A DNA stretch of 64,000 nt from Candidatus Poseidoniaceae archaeon (lineage in GTDB: Archaea; Thermoplasmatota; Poseidoniia; Poseidoniales; Poseidoniaceae), in assembly GCA_949373095.1 (NCBI GenBank), contig CASIBY010000005.1, forward strand, positions 110,955 to 174,954, read 5' to 3'. Below the pieces are notes generated by a model. The model saw only the letters and a list, made by a program, of their open reading frames with translations, was not told the origin of the DNA and did not search any database. Position 1 is the stretch's first letter; each line of letters opens with the position of its first letter. The position numbers and the translations under genes were made by a program. Positions 33,777 to 43,781 of the stretch are shown here, one piece after another.

Positions 33777-36623
33777 TCATTGGTCCCGGAGGTAATCCTC
33801 ACCGTACCATGCCCATTGGTCAAGAGTCCAACCCGCCGGCAATCCTTCTGCAGGTAAGGGTGGACCAGCTGGAGCAGCTGGAGCAGCAGCCTGAATAACA
33901 GGAGTTACAACAGGAGCGACGGGTGTCATCATCATCGGTTGGGGAAGATTAGGTTGCAAGTTAATTGACGAGTCTTCTCGGTCACGTCGTTGCACTGCAT
34001 AGCCAAGAACAACAACCGCCATAACGCAAAGGACTCCTATAATGAGGAATAACATGTTGGATGAAGAGGAATCTTCGGCAGATGCAAAGCGTGATGCATC
34101 CTTGGGGTATGAGTCGCCAGCATCAGACCAGCCGTCCCCATCACCATCTAAGCAGCCAACACGGTCTTCAGTAGAAGTACCTGAAACCTCGGGGCAATCA
34201 TCTGAAAGGTTCGTGCCCTCTTGGTCAGGATATCCATCTCCATCAGCATCAGACCAGAAGCGTTTGTCATCGGGGAAGGCATCGAGGAATCCAGCCCACC
34301 CATCACCATCAGGGTCCGGGCAGCCGAAGCGTTCCATGTCCGAAGTACCAAAAATCTCGGGACAACTGTCGGGTGTAGTACCTGTTTCAGAGTCACCAAA
34401 ACCATCTCCATCAGTGTCGGAATGTTGTGTGGCATCGTCGGGGAATGCGTCGTTAGCATCCGACCAGCCGTCGTTATCAGAATCAAGACAACCCAATCGA
34501 TCTTCAGTAGAAGTCCCAGCGTTCAACGGACAAGCGTCGCTTTGGACTCCGTCCGAAGCATCACCGTATCCATCTCCATCCTGGTCGGAATGTTGCGTGA
34601 ATTCATCGGGGAAGGCATCTGCTCCCTCTGCTACACTCCATGCTCCATCCGGATTTGACCATCCATCTCCATCTGTATCAATACAGCCGTTGCGGTCTTG
34701 ATTGGAAGTGCCTGTGACGAGGAGGCATTGGTCGCCTCCTTCCCCATCAGAATTGTCTCCGAAACCATCTCCGTCGCTATCGGACCATTGTGCGTCATCA
34801 ACTGGGAATGCGTCTACTGTGTCGCCGTAACCGTCTCCATCGTAATCAGCACAACCGATACTCGTACCGAGTGAACTCGTACCTGCCTCATTGGGGCAGT
34901 CATCAATATCGTCAGAAAAACCATCGTTGTCGTCGTCAATATCTTCGCCTAGATCTTCGCAGCCGTCACGGTCGACGTCACTGCCTGTGAAGGAGATAAA
35001 TGATGGTGGGCTTTGGGGACAAAGGTCAGTACCCGCAGATGAGGGTGAGCAGACCCACCAGGTGCTGGATTCATCACCGTCGCATATTCGGTCGTTATCA
35101 TCGTCCAAGTCTTCGCCTTGATCTCTGCATCCATCTCCATCATAATCAGTTCCTGTCAATGAATTCCAGCCGAGATCACCAGTTGGGCAGAGGTCCGAAG
35201 TATCGTAAATCCCATCGTTATCATCATCTGAATCTTCTGTTAAATCTGCGCAACCATCCGTATCATGGTCGGTTAAGGCAGAAGAAATCCATGAAAGGTT
35301 GCCCAGAGCGCATTCATCATTTACATCAAGGATCCCATCACCATCATCATCATCATCGCAAGCATCTCCGAGAAGATCACCGTCATGGTTGGCCTGGTTT
35401 GCGTTAGGAATCATTGGACAGTTGTCCACCTGATCGCCTACGCCGTCTCCATCTTCATCCATGTACGGGTCTATCCGAACAACTTCGTCCTGGCCGAAAT
35501 CGACGTAATACAAGTGCCCATTGGGGCCAATCTCAAGGCCCATGATGGATGTTGCCGAAGTTTGAATGGAATCGGTTTCAGTAGCTGCTTTACCGCTTGA
35601 ACTCAAATCATATGCAACAATTTGACCGTTGCCATATTCTGAAACAAAGAGTTGGTCGCCATCAAGTACAATCCCAGATGGCATGTTCAAACCCGATGCG
35701 AGAACACCCCATTCAATGTTCGTTATTGAGGAATATTCCTCCAAGGTCTCCATACGAGATGAATCGCTGTAGATGTTTTGAGTACTGGTTGAGGAATCGT
35801 CGGTGTTCACCCACAAGACTCGGTTTGCACCAGGGTCTGCGATGTATAAAATTCCTGAATCATCATCAAGGGTCATGTGTCCAGGAACACCCATGATGTG
35901 AGTGAGTTCGACCTCAGAATACCGCCGTACGATAGCATCAGAATGATAGTCTCGACCAGTATCGTGGTCATCTTGGAAATCATAGTACACCAATTCTTCA
36001 TAGTAGCCGTCATTGTACCAATACGCATTGTCAGAATCGTGAGCGATTCCAACTCCATAAGGGGACTCGTGATTCATATCAATGTGACTACCTAGAAGGC
36101 CATTGGCGTTGTTTTGATTCTCTACTGCAAAGTGACTGAGCGAGGATGGCCAGAGTGTTGGGCCCATGAAATTGTTTGGGGAGGCTTGGCCACAGAACGT
36201 ATTCGCTGTTTCCTGAGCAGAGCCCCACTGCCAGTCAAATTCGGGATGATAGGCCCCAAATGCAATAGCGCTGACTTCTTCCAAAAAGTGATTCCGATTT
36301 GAATCCTGACGGTTTTGAGAGACTTGATTCTCAAGCCCGGTATTCTCTACAATTGTGATGCTGTCTGTGTACTGATTTGCAATCCACAACTCATTCGCCC
36401 GCCCGGGGTGGAATTCAAGGTCCCTTGGATTAGAAAGAGCATCAGATGAGTCAGCAATAACCGTTTCATCAAAACCCATTCCAAATTGTTCTACCATAAC
36501 AGCCTCTTTAGCCGCAGTAGCATATGAAGGGATGGAGAATAAGAGAATTGCAAGCATGAAAAGTGCTAATTGCTTCTTGGCCATGCTTATGCCAGTTTGA
36601 ATGAGCATTTCATACCTTGTCAC
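33777..36623 (-). CDS. Surface protein with an NHL-type beta-propeller, TSP3-like Ca-binding modules, a TM and a Pro-rich cytoplasmic tail.
   Basis: Signal peptide MAKKQLALFMLAILLFSIPSYATA; the probable start is M14 at nt 36584. NHL-like blades include GILYIADPGANRVLWV, LFVSEYGNGQIVAYD and HLYYVDFGQDEVVRID. The Asp-rich repeats span aa 388-846. The TM is MLFLIIGVLCVMAVVVLGYAV. The tail ends PAGWTLDQWAWYGEDYLRDQ. Confidence 0.85.
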   Translation of the reverse strand: MTRYEMLIQTGISMAKKQLALFMLAILLFSIPSYATAAKEAVMVEQFGMGFDETVIADSSDALSNPRDLEFHPGRANELWIANQYTDSITIVENTGLENQVSQNRQDSNRNHFLEEVSAIAFGAYHPEFDWQWGSAQETANTFCGQASPNNFMGPTLWPSSLSHFAVENQNNANGLLGSHIDMNHESPYGVGIAHDSDNAYWYNDGYYEELVYYDFQDDHDTGRDYHSDAIVRRYSEVELTHIMGVPGHMTLDDDSGILYIADPGANRVLWVNTDDSSTSTQNIYSDSSRMETLEEYSSITNIEWGVLASGLNMPSGIVLDGDQLFVSEYGNGQIVAYDLSSSGKAATETDSIQTSATSIMGLEIGPNGHLYYVDFGQDEVVRIDPYMDEDGDGVGDQVDNCPMIPNANQANHDGDLLGDACDDDDDGDGILDVNDECALGNLSWISSALTDHDTDGCADLTEDSDDDNDGIYDTSDLCPTGDLGWNSLTGTDYDGDGCRDQGEDLDDDNDRICDGDESSTWWVCSPSSAGTDLCPQSPPSFISFTGSDVDRDGCEDLGEDIDDDNDGFSDDIDDCPNEAGTSSLGTSIGCADYDGDGYGDTVDAFPVDDAQWSDSDGDGFGDNSDGEGGDQCLLVTGTSNQDRNGCIDTDGDGWSNPDGAWSVAEGADAFPDEFTQHSDQDGDGYGDASDGVQSDACPLNAGTSTEDRLGCLDSDNDGWSDANDAFPDDATQHSDTDGDGFGDSETGTTPDSCPEIFGTSDMERFGCPDPDGDGWAGFLDAFPDDKRFWSDADGDGYPDQEGTNLSDDCPEVSGTSTEDRVGCLDGDGDGWSDAGDSYPKDASRFASAEDSSSSNMLFLIIGVLCVMAVVVLGYAVQRRDREDSSINLQPNLPQPMMMTPVAPVVTPVIQAAAPAAPAGPPLPAEGLPAGWTLDQWAWYGEDYLRDQ
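34086..34898 (-). repeat. About 4.6 tandem copies of a ~56-aa module, CP..GTS.EDR.GC.D.DGDGWSD..DAFP.D....D.DGDG.GD (protein-level repeat).
   Basis: The repeat was read directly in the translation of aa 576-846 of the 948-aa protein. It explains the Ser/Pro-rich antisense ORFs 34042..34701 and 34221..34658. Confidence 0.75.
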
Positions 36624-36681
36624 AGAAGTATGTTATTTGCATGAGCCACAATATAACAACAGCCAGATTAATGCACTGAAC

Positions 36682-37233
36682 TCACTGTTTGAACCGAAGG
36701 CCAGCAAGAATTGCAAATTCGCTTATTTTGACAATTCGGGAGCGAGTATGTTTTGACATTCGTCCAGAGTAAGATAGGAGCCAGAATATTTCATCCCCGC
36801 TGTGTAAATTATAGGTATAATTGGTTATACTATCATGATCCCCACCATAGGTGGTTCTTAGGCTGAGGAAAGAACTCTCAAAAATTGGAAAAATTTTCAC
36901 CATTTTTGCTGAACCATCATGCAATTCGTATTCAACAAGACAACTGTATTTTTTGACATAAGCCCTTGATTTCACTACAATGGTATCTTGGTTTAGCGGC
37001 CCATTGCCAGCACTCATCCAAATGAGAACCGCCCCTATACCGAAAAGCGGCAAGAGCAAGATTCCTAAGAAAAGAAAAGCCTTTTTGAATTGAGCGGTGT
37101 ATAGCTTTTCTTCCCTATGAAATACATAATCCGGGATTTCATCCATCTCTTCGATTTCGGCAATTATATCTTCAGCACCGATGGATGAAGAGTCACGATT
37201 TAGTTCCATTTCAAATTCAGCGAACTCGTCCAT
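36682..37233 (-). CDS. Hypothetical membrane protein (acidic N-terminus, one TM region, beta-rich C-terminus).
   Basis: 183-aa ORF with the TM segment AFLFLGILLLPLFGIGAVLIWM. No family was recognised. Confidence 0.5.
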   Translation of the reverse strand: MDEFAEFEMELNRDSSSIGAEDIIAEIEEMDEIPDYVFHREEKLYTAQFKKAFLFLGILLLPLFGIGAVLIWMSAGNGPLNQDTIVVKSRAYVKKYSCLVEYELHDGSAKMVKIFPIFESSFLSLRTTYGGDHDSITNYTYNLHSGDEIFWLLSYSGRMSKHTRSRIVKISEFAILAGLRFKQ

Positions 37234-37324
37234 AATTCATTTGCGCTTCCTCCAAAGTATAACTCTTCACCCTACAACGAGAAAACTAATTCCTGCGAAT
37301 CCCACCCGGAAAGGTACCCCCGTC

Positions 37325-38995
37325 CTATATGATCAGTTTCTCGTTTTGAGCCAGTGCATGACTGACCCATTCAAAGGCTAATTTGTCCTTCGTCTTTTCT
37401 TCTTCACTCCGGCGTTTGAGGTTATTCATCGCCATCTTCATTCTGAAATTCCCTTCAAAGGATGGAGCGTGCCGATCGAGATATGCCCAATAGAGCCTCG
37501 TAATTGGACATGTTTTCTTTGGATGAAAAGCACAGGATTTGCAATGGTCACTCATCCTGTTAATGTAGGCAGATCCAGCCACATAGGGTTTCGTCATCAT
37601 CGCATCGCCAAGCGCAAAGGTACCCATTCCGAGCACATTCGGTTCAACCACCCAGTCATAAGCATCAACGAAGGCAGCGTGAAACCAATCGGTTAGTTCA
37701 CGAGGGTTGATGTCTAACAAGTTTCCAATATTACTCAGGACCATCAACCGAGGTATGTGGTGGGTCCATCCCTCTTCCATCACCGATTTAACAGAAGAAT
37801 CTAGACATTGAAGACCGCTATCTCCTCTCCAATACACTTCAGGAAGTGGGTTCATTTGGCGAAGATGGTTAGGATGTTCATCCACATCTGGCATGGCTTC
37901 GCTCATCCATGAAAACGTTCGGTTCGAAGGGGTTCGCTGAACATCAAGGGTACGGAAGCCATTTGTGATTTCGTGAATGTGGTGAACGTATTCTCTCCAG
38001 ATTAATTGCCGCAAGAATCCTTCAGTACTGTTGAGTGGGGCATCAGTTTCTAAAACTGCTTGAACCAGTTCATTAGGCATCAACCTGTGAAGATTTAGCA
38101 GAGCCGCAAGACGTGAATGAAAAAGTCCACGGCTTTTATCAGTCATAGCATCTTCATAGCGCCCAAACCAAGGCATGCATTTCATTCCAAAAGCGAGAGC
38201 GGTTTCTACATCATCGGCAGTAGTAGGCAATTGAGTCATGTCCAAAACGCCTGGATGTGAGCCATATTCAGTGTTGATAAGGTGTTCGACCTCAAGGTCA
38301 ATTTCATCGCTATCATAGGATGGTGGTTCTGGGGGAAGTGGGTCTCCTTTCCAGGGGAATCGGTTTTCAGAATCAAAACTATACTTTCCGCCAATCGGCT
38401 TTCCCATTTCCATTAACCAACCCGTTTCGTGCCGTACTCTGCGGTAAAAACGGTCCATGCGAAACGGAGGCTGGGAGCCTACGCTCTGCTCAAACCACGA
38501 AGATTTTGTCAACCATCCAACGTGCTCGTGAATGATGACACTCTTATTTTGAATCAATGGTTTCAACTCATTCCTCAGTTCCAATTCTGCGTGTGCAACA
38601 GCTTGTACCGGACCATAACGAGCAACATGTTCGTTTAACGCGTCTTCATATGTGCCGTTTGTCATAAGGTAACGAACAGGTCGTCCAGTCGCTTGAACTT
38701 CAACGGCGAAATGACGTTGGGATGAAAGGAGGAGAGCGAGTTTTTGCTTGTGATAAGGGCGTTTGTTACCCTTAGCGGATGATTCAATCAAGATGATTCC
38801 ATAAACAGAAGAAATGGGTTCAATATTTTCAATAAATCTGAGATTGAGTTGATCGTATGAGAGCCACAGCCATCCATCAACGGGAGTATCTTCGTAAGGA
38901 AGAAGAGATGATGAAAAAGACCCTATGGATGATGCATGGGTTGAAACAGCAAGTTCTTCCATGTTTTGTTGGTTGCTATTGAGGACATAAAGCAC
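37325..38995 (-). CDS. Cryptochrome/photolyase-family protein of the FeS-BCP type (CryB/PhrB-like, (6-4) photolyase-related, COG3046).
   Basis: The C-terminal region FVDAYDWVVEPNVLGMGTFALGDAMMTKPYVAGSAYINRMSDHCKSCAFHPKKTCP and the upstream CLDSS supply four Cys, as in the 4Fe-4S cluster of PhrB/CryB. Confidence 0.85.
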   Translation of the reverse strand: MLYVLNSNQQNMEELAVSTHASSIGSFSSSLLPYEDTPVDGWLWLSYDQLNLRFIENIEPISSVYGIILIESSAKGNKRPYHKQKLALLLSSQRHFAVEVQATGRPVRYLMTNGTYEDALNEHVARYGPVQAVAHAELELRNELKPLIQNKSVIIHEHVGWLTKSSWFEQSVGSQPPFRMDRFYRRVRHETGWLMEMGKPIGGKYSFDSENRFPWKGDPLPPEPPSYDSDEIDLEVEHLINTEYGSHPGVLDMTQLPTTADDVETALAFGMKCMPWFGRYEDAMTDKSRGLFHSRLAALLNLHRLMPNELVQAVLETDAPLNSTEGFLRQLIWREYVHHIHEITNGFRTLDVQRTPSNRTFSWMSEAMPDVDEHPNHLRQMNPLPEVYWRGDSGLQCLDSSVKSVMEEGWTHHIPRLMVLSNIGNLLDINPRELTDWFHAAFVDAYDWVVEPNVLGMGTFALGDAMMTKPYVAGSAYINRMSDHCKSCAFHPKKTCPITRLYWAYLDRHAPSFEGNFRMKMAMNNLKRRSEEEKTKDKLAFEWVSHALAQNEKLII

Positions 38996-39008
38996 TGCTT
39001 TTGACCAG

Positions 39009-42000
39009 TCAATAATGAACGGTTAGTTTCCTTGGTTCTAGTGTTACCTCAATATGAGCCCGCATTGCAGCAGCCTCCATTGTTGCTCCTCTCATGGTCG
39101 TTACAAACGGGATGTTTAATTCAACAGCAAGACGACGCATCATGTTACCGTCACGAACTGCACCTCCAGAAATGGTAGGGACGTTGACGATGAAGGACAC
39201 TTTGCCTTGCCGCATGAGGTCAAGTGCATCAGGGTGCTTTCCTTCAGCGATTCTATAGACTGTTTCGACTGGAATATTGTGACGACGCAGGGCGTCTGAG
39301 GTCCCACCAGTAGCATACAAGGTAAATCCTAAATCCACCAATTCACGTGCAACGGGGACAAGATTTTCTTTGTCTTCATCTCGAACCGTCAAATAAGCCC
39401 CGCCTGATTTAGCAACTGGGATTTCGGTTGCTAAACGCGCCTTGAGATAAGCCAAATCTGCTCGCTCATCTGAACCGTATACTTCCCCTGTAGATTTCAT
39501 TTCAGGACCAGGTGCAGGGTCCAGTCCACGCAGTTTGATGAACGGGAAAACAGGTGCTTTCACACAAACTTGGCCCGTTGTTCTTCTGGGAATTGTTTGT
39601 GAAGAAAGGGGTTGACCAATCGTGACTCTTGCTGCGATCCGAGCAAGAGGCAATCCCGATGATTTTGCAACGAATGGAACAGTCCGTGACGACCGTGGAT
39701 TGACCTCTAAGACATAGAGAGTATCTCCTTGAATTGCAAATTGAATGTTAAAGCAGCCTTTAATTTTCAAGCCCAAACCGATGATTTTTGTTTGTTCTGC
39801 TACTCGCTTGAGCATATCTTCCGATATATTTTGAGTTGGAATAAAACATGTTGAATCGCCCGAATGAATTCCTGCCTCTTCCAAATGCTCCATAATGGCG
39901 CCAACTAAAACCTCCTCACCATCTGCAGCAGCGTCAACGTCTAGTTCGGTAGCATGGCCGAGGTATTCGTCAACCAGCAGTGGCTTATCAGGTGCTAGAT
40001 AGGCATCCCGAAGGTACCCATCCAATTGTTGTTGATTGGACAAAATCTCCATCCCGCGCCCTCCGAGAACATAGGAAGGGCGAATCAAGACAGGATACCC
40101 TATTTCTTCAACTGCTGCCCTCAAATCATCAGCAGACGTACCCGTTGCACCGCGAGGCATTTTGAGTCCACTGCGAGATGCAAATGCCTCGAAACGCTCT
40201 CGGTCACTTGCCTCATCAATAGCGTCACACGAAGTCCCCATGATGCTGAGGTCTAACCCTTTGAGGCGAAGGTCCGGCAAACGTTGCTCCAAAGGCAAGG
40301 CAAGATTGATTGCCGTCTGTCCGCCAAATTGAAGGAGGATTCCATGGGCACGTTCACGCAGTAGAATTTCGCTGACATACTCCAAAGTTAACGGGTCAAA
40401 GTACAGTCTGTCTGAGGTATCAAAGTCTGTAGAAACTGTTTCTGGATTGTTATTGATGATGATGGCATCTTTGCCCGCTTCACGGATTGCTTTGACAGCG
40501 TGGACGCAACCGTAGTCAAACTCAATGCCTTGCCCAATACGAATGGGACCGCTTCCAATGGTCACTAATCGGTCTTTTGTTCGTTCCTCAAGATTCGGCA
40601 GAATATCAATTCCAGGGGCGCCAAACGGTTCGTAAGTAGAATAGTAATACGGTGTTTTTGCTGCAAATTCGGCAGCACATGAATCAACCATACGGTAAAT
40701 TGGATGAAGGTTCAATTCATGACGACGTTGCATCACTGCACGCTCGTCTTGACCAGGCGCAAGAGACTTCAGTCCTTCTGGCGGGAAACCCGCAAGAGCG
40801 TCGGCGATATGGGCATCACTGAATCCATGACTCTTCCAGCGACGAAGTTCCTTTTCAGTCAATTCTGTTGGTGAAACGCCTCGTGCGGTAATCTCCGCTT
40901 CCATCTGAGCTAATCGTTCAAATCCATAGAGGAACCAACGAGTGATGCGTGTTATCTCGTGAACCCGGTCAACGCCCCAACCTCTACGAAGCGCTTCCAG
41001 AACAGCCCCCATTCTTCGGTCAGTGGCGATTCTGCACCAATCAACAAGGGTGCTGTCGGGTAAGGCTTCATGAGCACGCTCAAACATTCCTTCGCCTTCT
41101 GACTCGTCTGCTCGTGTCAGTGGGCGTGGATGTGCACATCCTTGTTCAAGAGAAGCCCAAGCCTTGAGGAAGGCTTCTTCGAAGTTCCGACCGATGGCCA
41201 TGACTTCACCTGTAGATTTCATCGAGGTACCAAGAGTACGGTCTGCAGTTCTGAATTTGTCGAAGGGCCACCTTGGGATTTTCACAACACAATAATCCAA
41301 AGTCGGCTCAAATGCGGCAGTAGTGCCGTCTCCAGTAATTGGATTTGGAAGTTCATCCAACGTGTAGCCAACTGCAATCTTAGCAGCCATGCGAGCGATA
41401 GGATAACCTGTGGCTTTTGAAGCCAATGCAGAAGAACGAGAAACACGAGGATTCACTTCAATTACTCGAATTTCTCCGGTAAATTGATTGAAGGCGAATT
41501 GAACGTTGCAGCCTCCTTTGATGTTCAATGCCCGAATCAACGCCAAGGCTTGATTTCTCAACCGCTGATGGTCAGCATCACTGAACGATTGGAGCGGGGC
41601 GACAACCGTAGACTCCCCGGTGTGCACGCCCATAGGGTCGATGTTTTCCATGGTGCAAACAATGGTGGCATTGTCAGCTTCATCTCTCATAACTTCGTAT
41701 TCAAGTTCCTGCCATCCCAAAATAGATTCTTCAATCAGAACTTGGGAAATACGGGAATTCCTCAAACCGAGTTGTGAGATTTCTACCAATTCGCCCAAGT
41801 CTCGTGCAGTTCCGCTACCAAGACCTCCCAAGGTAAATGCTGGGCGGACTAAGATGGGCCAACTTCCTATCAAATCTGCCGCTGCAATGACTTCATCGAT
41901 GGTGTTGCATGCGACGGCTTGGCTGATTGGAAGTTGAATCGATTCGCACACCTGATTGAACAATTCTCGGTCTTCTGCTTTATCGATGGCTTCTAAATCA

Positions 42001-42356
42001 GAACCAATCAGTTCAATATTCAAACGTTCAAGCGTTCCATTATGCGAAAGTTCACTTGCAATGTTGAGCGCAGTTTGACCACCCATTCCTGCCAACAAGG
42101 CACAAGGCCGCTCGATTTCCATGATCCGAGCGATGGTATCTGGGAGAAGTGGTTCAATGTAAACTACGTCCGCCATTTCCGGGTCGTTTTGAATCGTGGC
42201 GGGATTTGAATTAACCAAAATAACCCGGTATCCGTCTTCACGAAGCGCTTGTACGGCCTGGGAGCCTGAAAAATCAAACTCAGCGGCTTGACCAATTTTA
42301 ATTGGCCCACTTCCCAAAACCAGAATGGTCTCCAAATCATCTCGGCGAGGCATCAC
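39009..42356 (-). CDS. carB: Carbamoyl-phosphate synthase large subunit.
   Basis: Two ATP-grasp halves (LGSGPIKIGQAAEFDFSG and IGSGPIRIGQGIEFDYG) and an MGS-like C-terminus. It overlaps carA by 4 nt. Confidence 0.97.
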   Translation of the reverse strand: MMPRRDDLETILVLGSGPIKIGQAAEFDFSGSQAVQALREDGYRVILVNSNPATIQNDPEMADVVYIEPLLPDTIARIMEIERPCALLAGMGGQTALNIASELSHNGTLERLNIELIGSDLEAIDKAEDRELFNQVCESIQLPISQAVACNTIDEVIAAADLIGSWPILVRPAFTLGGLGSGTARDLGELVEISQLGLRNSRISQVLIEESILGWQELEYEVMRDEADNATIVCTMENIDPMGVHTGESTVVAPLQSFSDADHQRLRNQALALIRALNIKGGCNVQFAFNQFTGEIRVIEVNPRVSRSSALASKATGYPIARMAAKIAVGYTLDELPNPITGDGTTAAFEPTLDYCVVKIPRWPFDKFRTADRTLGTSMKSTGEVMAIGRNFEEAFLKAWASLEQGCAHPRPLTRADESEGEGMFERAHEALPDSTLVDWCRIATDRRMGAVLEALRRGWGVDRVHEITRITRWFLYGFERLAQMEAEITARGVSPTELTEKELRRWKSHGFSDAHIADALAGFPPEGLKSLAPGQDERAVMQRRHELNLHPIYRMVDSCAAEFAAKTPYYYSTYEPFGAPGIDILPNLEERTKDRLVTIGSGPIRIGQGIEFDYGCVHAVKAIREAGKDAIIINNNPETVSTDFDTSDRLYFDPLTLEYVSEILLRERAHGILLQFGGQTAINLALPLEQRLPDLRLKGLDLSIMGTSCDAIDEASDRERFEAFASRSGLKMPRGATGTSADDLRAAVEEIGYPVLIRPSYVLGGRGMEILSNQQQLDGYLRDAYLAPDKPLLVDEYLGHATELDVDAAADGEEVLVGAIMEHLEEAGIHSGDSTCFIPTQNISEDMLKRVAEQTKIIGLGLKIKGCFNIQFAIQGDTLYVLEVNPRSSRTVPFVAKSSGLPLARIAARVTIGQPLSSQTIPRRTTGQVCVKAPVFPFIKLRGLDPAPGPEMKSTGEVYGSDERADLAYLKARLATEIPVAKSGGAYLTVRDEDKENLVPVARELVDLGFTLYATGGTSDALRRHNIPVETVYRIAEGKHPDALDLMRQGKVSFIVNVPTISGGAVRDGNMMRRLAVELNIPFVTTMRGATMEAAAMRAHIEVTLEPRKLTVHY

Positions 42357-43660
42357 TGGCCACCTCCAAGATGAGCATCAACAACAGCTCTGAAGCGTAG
42401 GAACAGATGCGTAGCATCGTGTGGTCCTGGACATGCCTCGGGGTGGAACTGGACTGTGAAACATGGTTTCCCAATGACGTCAAGCCCTTCTACGGTTCCA
42501 TCATTCGCATTGACGTAGCGAACCTCAACCTCTGCCCCATGTTGGTTGGGCGAAGGAGGAGAAGAGGCTCCTGTTGGATGCGCAGCGAGCATTCCGTCTT
42601 GTGGATGAGCAACTGCAAAACCATGATTCTGACTGGTAATGGCCACGGTTCCTTCCTTGAGGTCAACGACCGGTTGATTGGCCCCTCGATGGCCGTATCG
42701 CATTTTGTAGGTCTGTAATCCCGAAGCAAGACCCATCAACTGGTGCCCTAGGCAGATCCCCATCACGGGAAGCCCGTCTTTGACTGCTTCAGCAAGAGTA
42801 TTTCGGGCAGAGGTCGCCATACCGGGATGGGCAGGGTCACCTGGCCCATTTGAACAAAACAAGGCGTCGATGTCGTAGGTATTTTTCAATATGTTAAACG
42901 GGGTATGAGGGGGGCACCATACAACATCAAAATACATGCAGAGGTGTCGCAAAATATTGTATTTAACCCCACAGTCAAGGACTCCCAAACGTGGTTTTCT
43001 TACGCCTAAGTCGTCTGTCACACCCGGATTTAATTCAACGGGTTCGTCGATAGAAACTTCATCAACAAGATCTTCCAATTCAGGAGAGGAAAGCGATTCC
43101 AATTTCGTCTTCAACTTATCTTCTTGAGCGAGGGGGCCAAAGACGCACAGAACTGTTCCCAATTCACGTACACGGCGGGTGATAGCCCGTGTGTCAATCT
43201 TCTGAATACCTGGAACCCCGTGCAGCCTTAGCAACTCGTCAACCGTCCCAATGGAGTCTCTATGGTCCGGTTGGTGCATGGCGTGACGTACGACAACCCC
43301 CCGAGGCCAAACCCGTTTGGATTCAGAAGTTCCGTGATGGATTCCATAGTTTCCAATCAACGGATAAGTGAAGGTCAAAACTTGTCCAGCAAAGGAAGGG
43401 TCAGTCAGTGATTCTTGGTACCCCATCATACCGGTTGTGAAGACCAGTTCTCCCGAACCAGCTTGATTGGCTCCAAAGAGTTCCCCTTCGTAGCGTCCTC
43501 CATCAGCCGTCAAAAGGACACCAGGGCCCGATGCGCCCTCTGGAAGAGGAGTCCCTTGAACAAGTCCATCAGCGGCATCTCCGATGTCCAAAGATGAAGG
43601 GTTGTAGAGCCGATGAGTAGCAGGAAGGGAACGCCCATTTTGGAGTTCGCTTCCTAACAT
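42353..43660 (-). CDS. carA: Carbamoyl-phosphate synthase small (glutaminase) subunit with a ~45-aa N-terminal extension.
   Basis: ELVFTTGMMGYQESLTDPSFAGQVLTFTYPLIGNYG, the catalytic Cys in GICLGHQL, and VQFHPEA. Confidence 0.95.
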   Translation of the reverse strand: MLGSELQNGRSLPATHRLYNPSSLDIGDAADGLVQGTPLPEGASGPGVLLTADGGRYEGELFGANQAGSGELVFTTGMMGYQESLTDPSFAGQVLTFTYPLIGNYGIHHGTSESKRVWPRGVVVRHAMHQPDHRDSIGTVDELLRLHGVPGIQKIDTRAITRRVRELGTVLCVFGPLAQEDKLKTKLESLSSPELEDLVDEVSIDEPVELNPGVTDDLGVRKPRLGVLDCGVKYNILRHLCMYFDVVWCPPHTPFNILKNTYDIDALFCSNGPGDPAHPGMATSARNTLAEAVKDGLPVMGICLGHQLMGLASGLQTYKMRYGHRGANQPVVDLKEGTVAITSQNHGFAVAHPQDGMLAAHPTGASSPPSPNQHGAEVEVRYVNANDGTVEGLDVIGKPCFTVQFHPEACPGPHDATHLFLRFRAVVDAHLGGGQ

Positions 43661-43679
43661 CGTATTTGGTCGTCAACGG

Positions 43680-43700
43680 ACACCCATAATGATTGGGTGT
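43680..43700 (-). promoter_or_regulatory. Perfect 7-bp inverted repeat ACACCCA-N7-TGGGTGT, 20 nt upstream of the carA start.
   Basis: Read directly from the sequence. It lies between the T-rich stretch after trm56 and the carA ATG at 43660. It could be an operator or a 5' UTR hairpin. Confidence 0.3.
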
Positions 43701-43736
43701 GGGTTTGATTGGAAGAGAGGGCTCAAAATAGGACCG

Positions 43737-43750
43737 AAAAAGAAGAAAAT
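43737..43750 (-). terminator. Oligo-T tract downstream of trm56 (archaeal-type termination signal).
   Basis: The minus strand reads ATATTTTCTTCTTTTTCGG about 30-45 nt after the stop at 43782. Confidence 0.25.
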
Positions 43751-43781
43751 ATCACCGATGGTGCTGTAAATAAATATCAAC

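Noticed and set aside
34042-35407. Plus-strand ORFs of 135-219 aa (34042..34701, 34221..34658, 35000..35407) rich in Ser, Pro and His.
   Set aside because: They are antisense to the TSP3 repeat region of the 948-aa gene. GAY/GGN codon periodicity keeps the opposite strand open. No motifs were seen.
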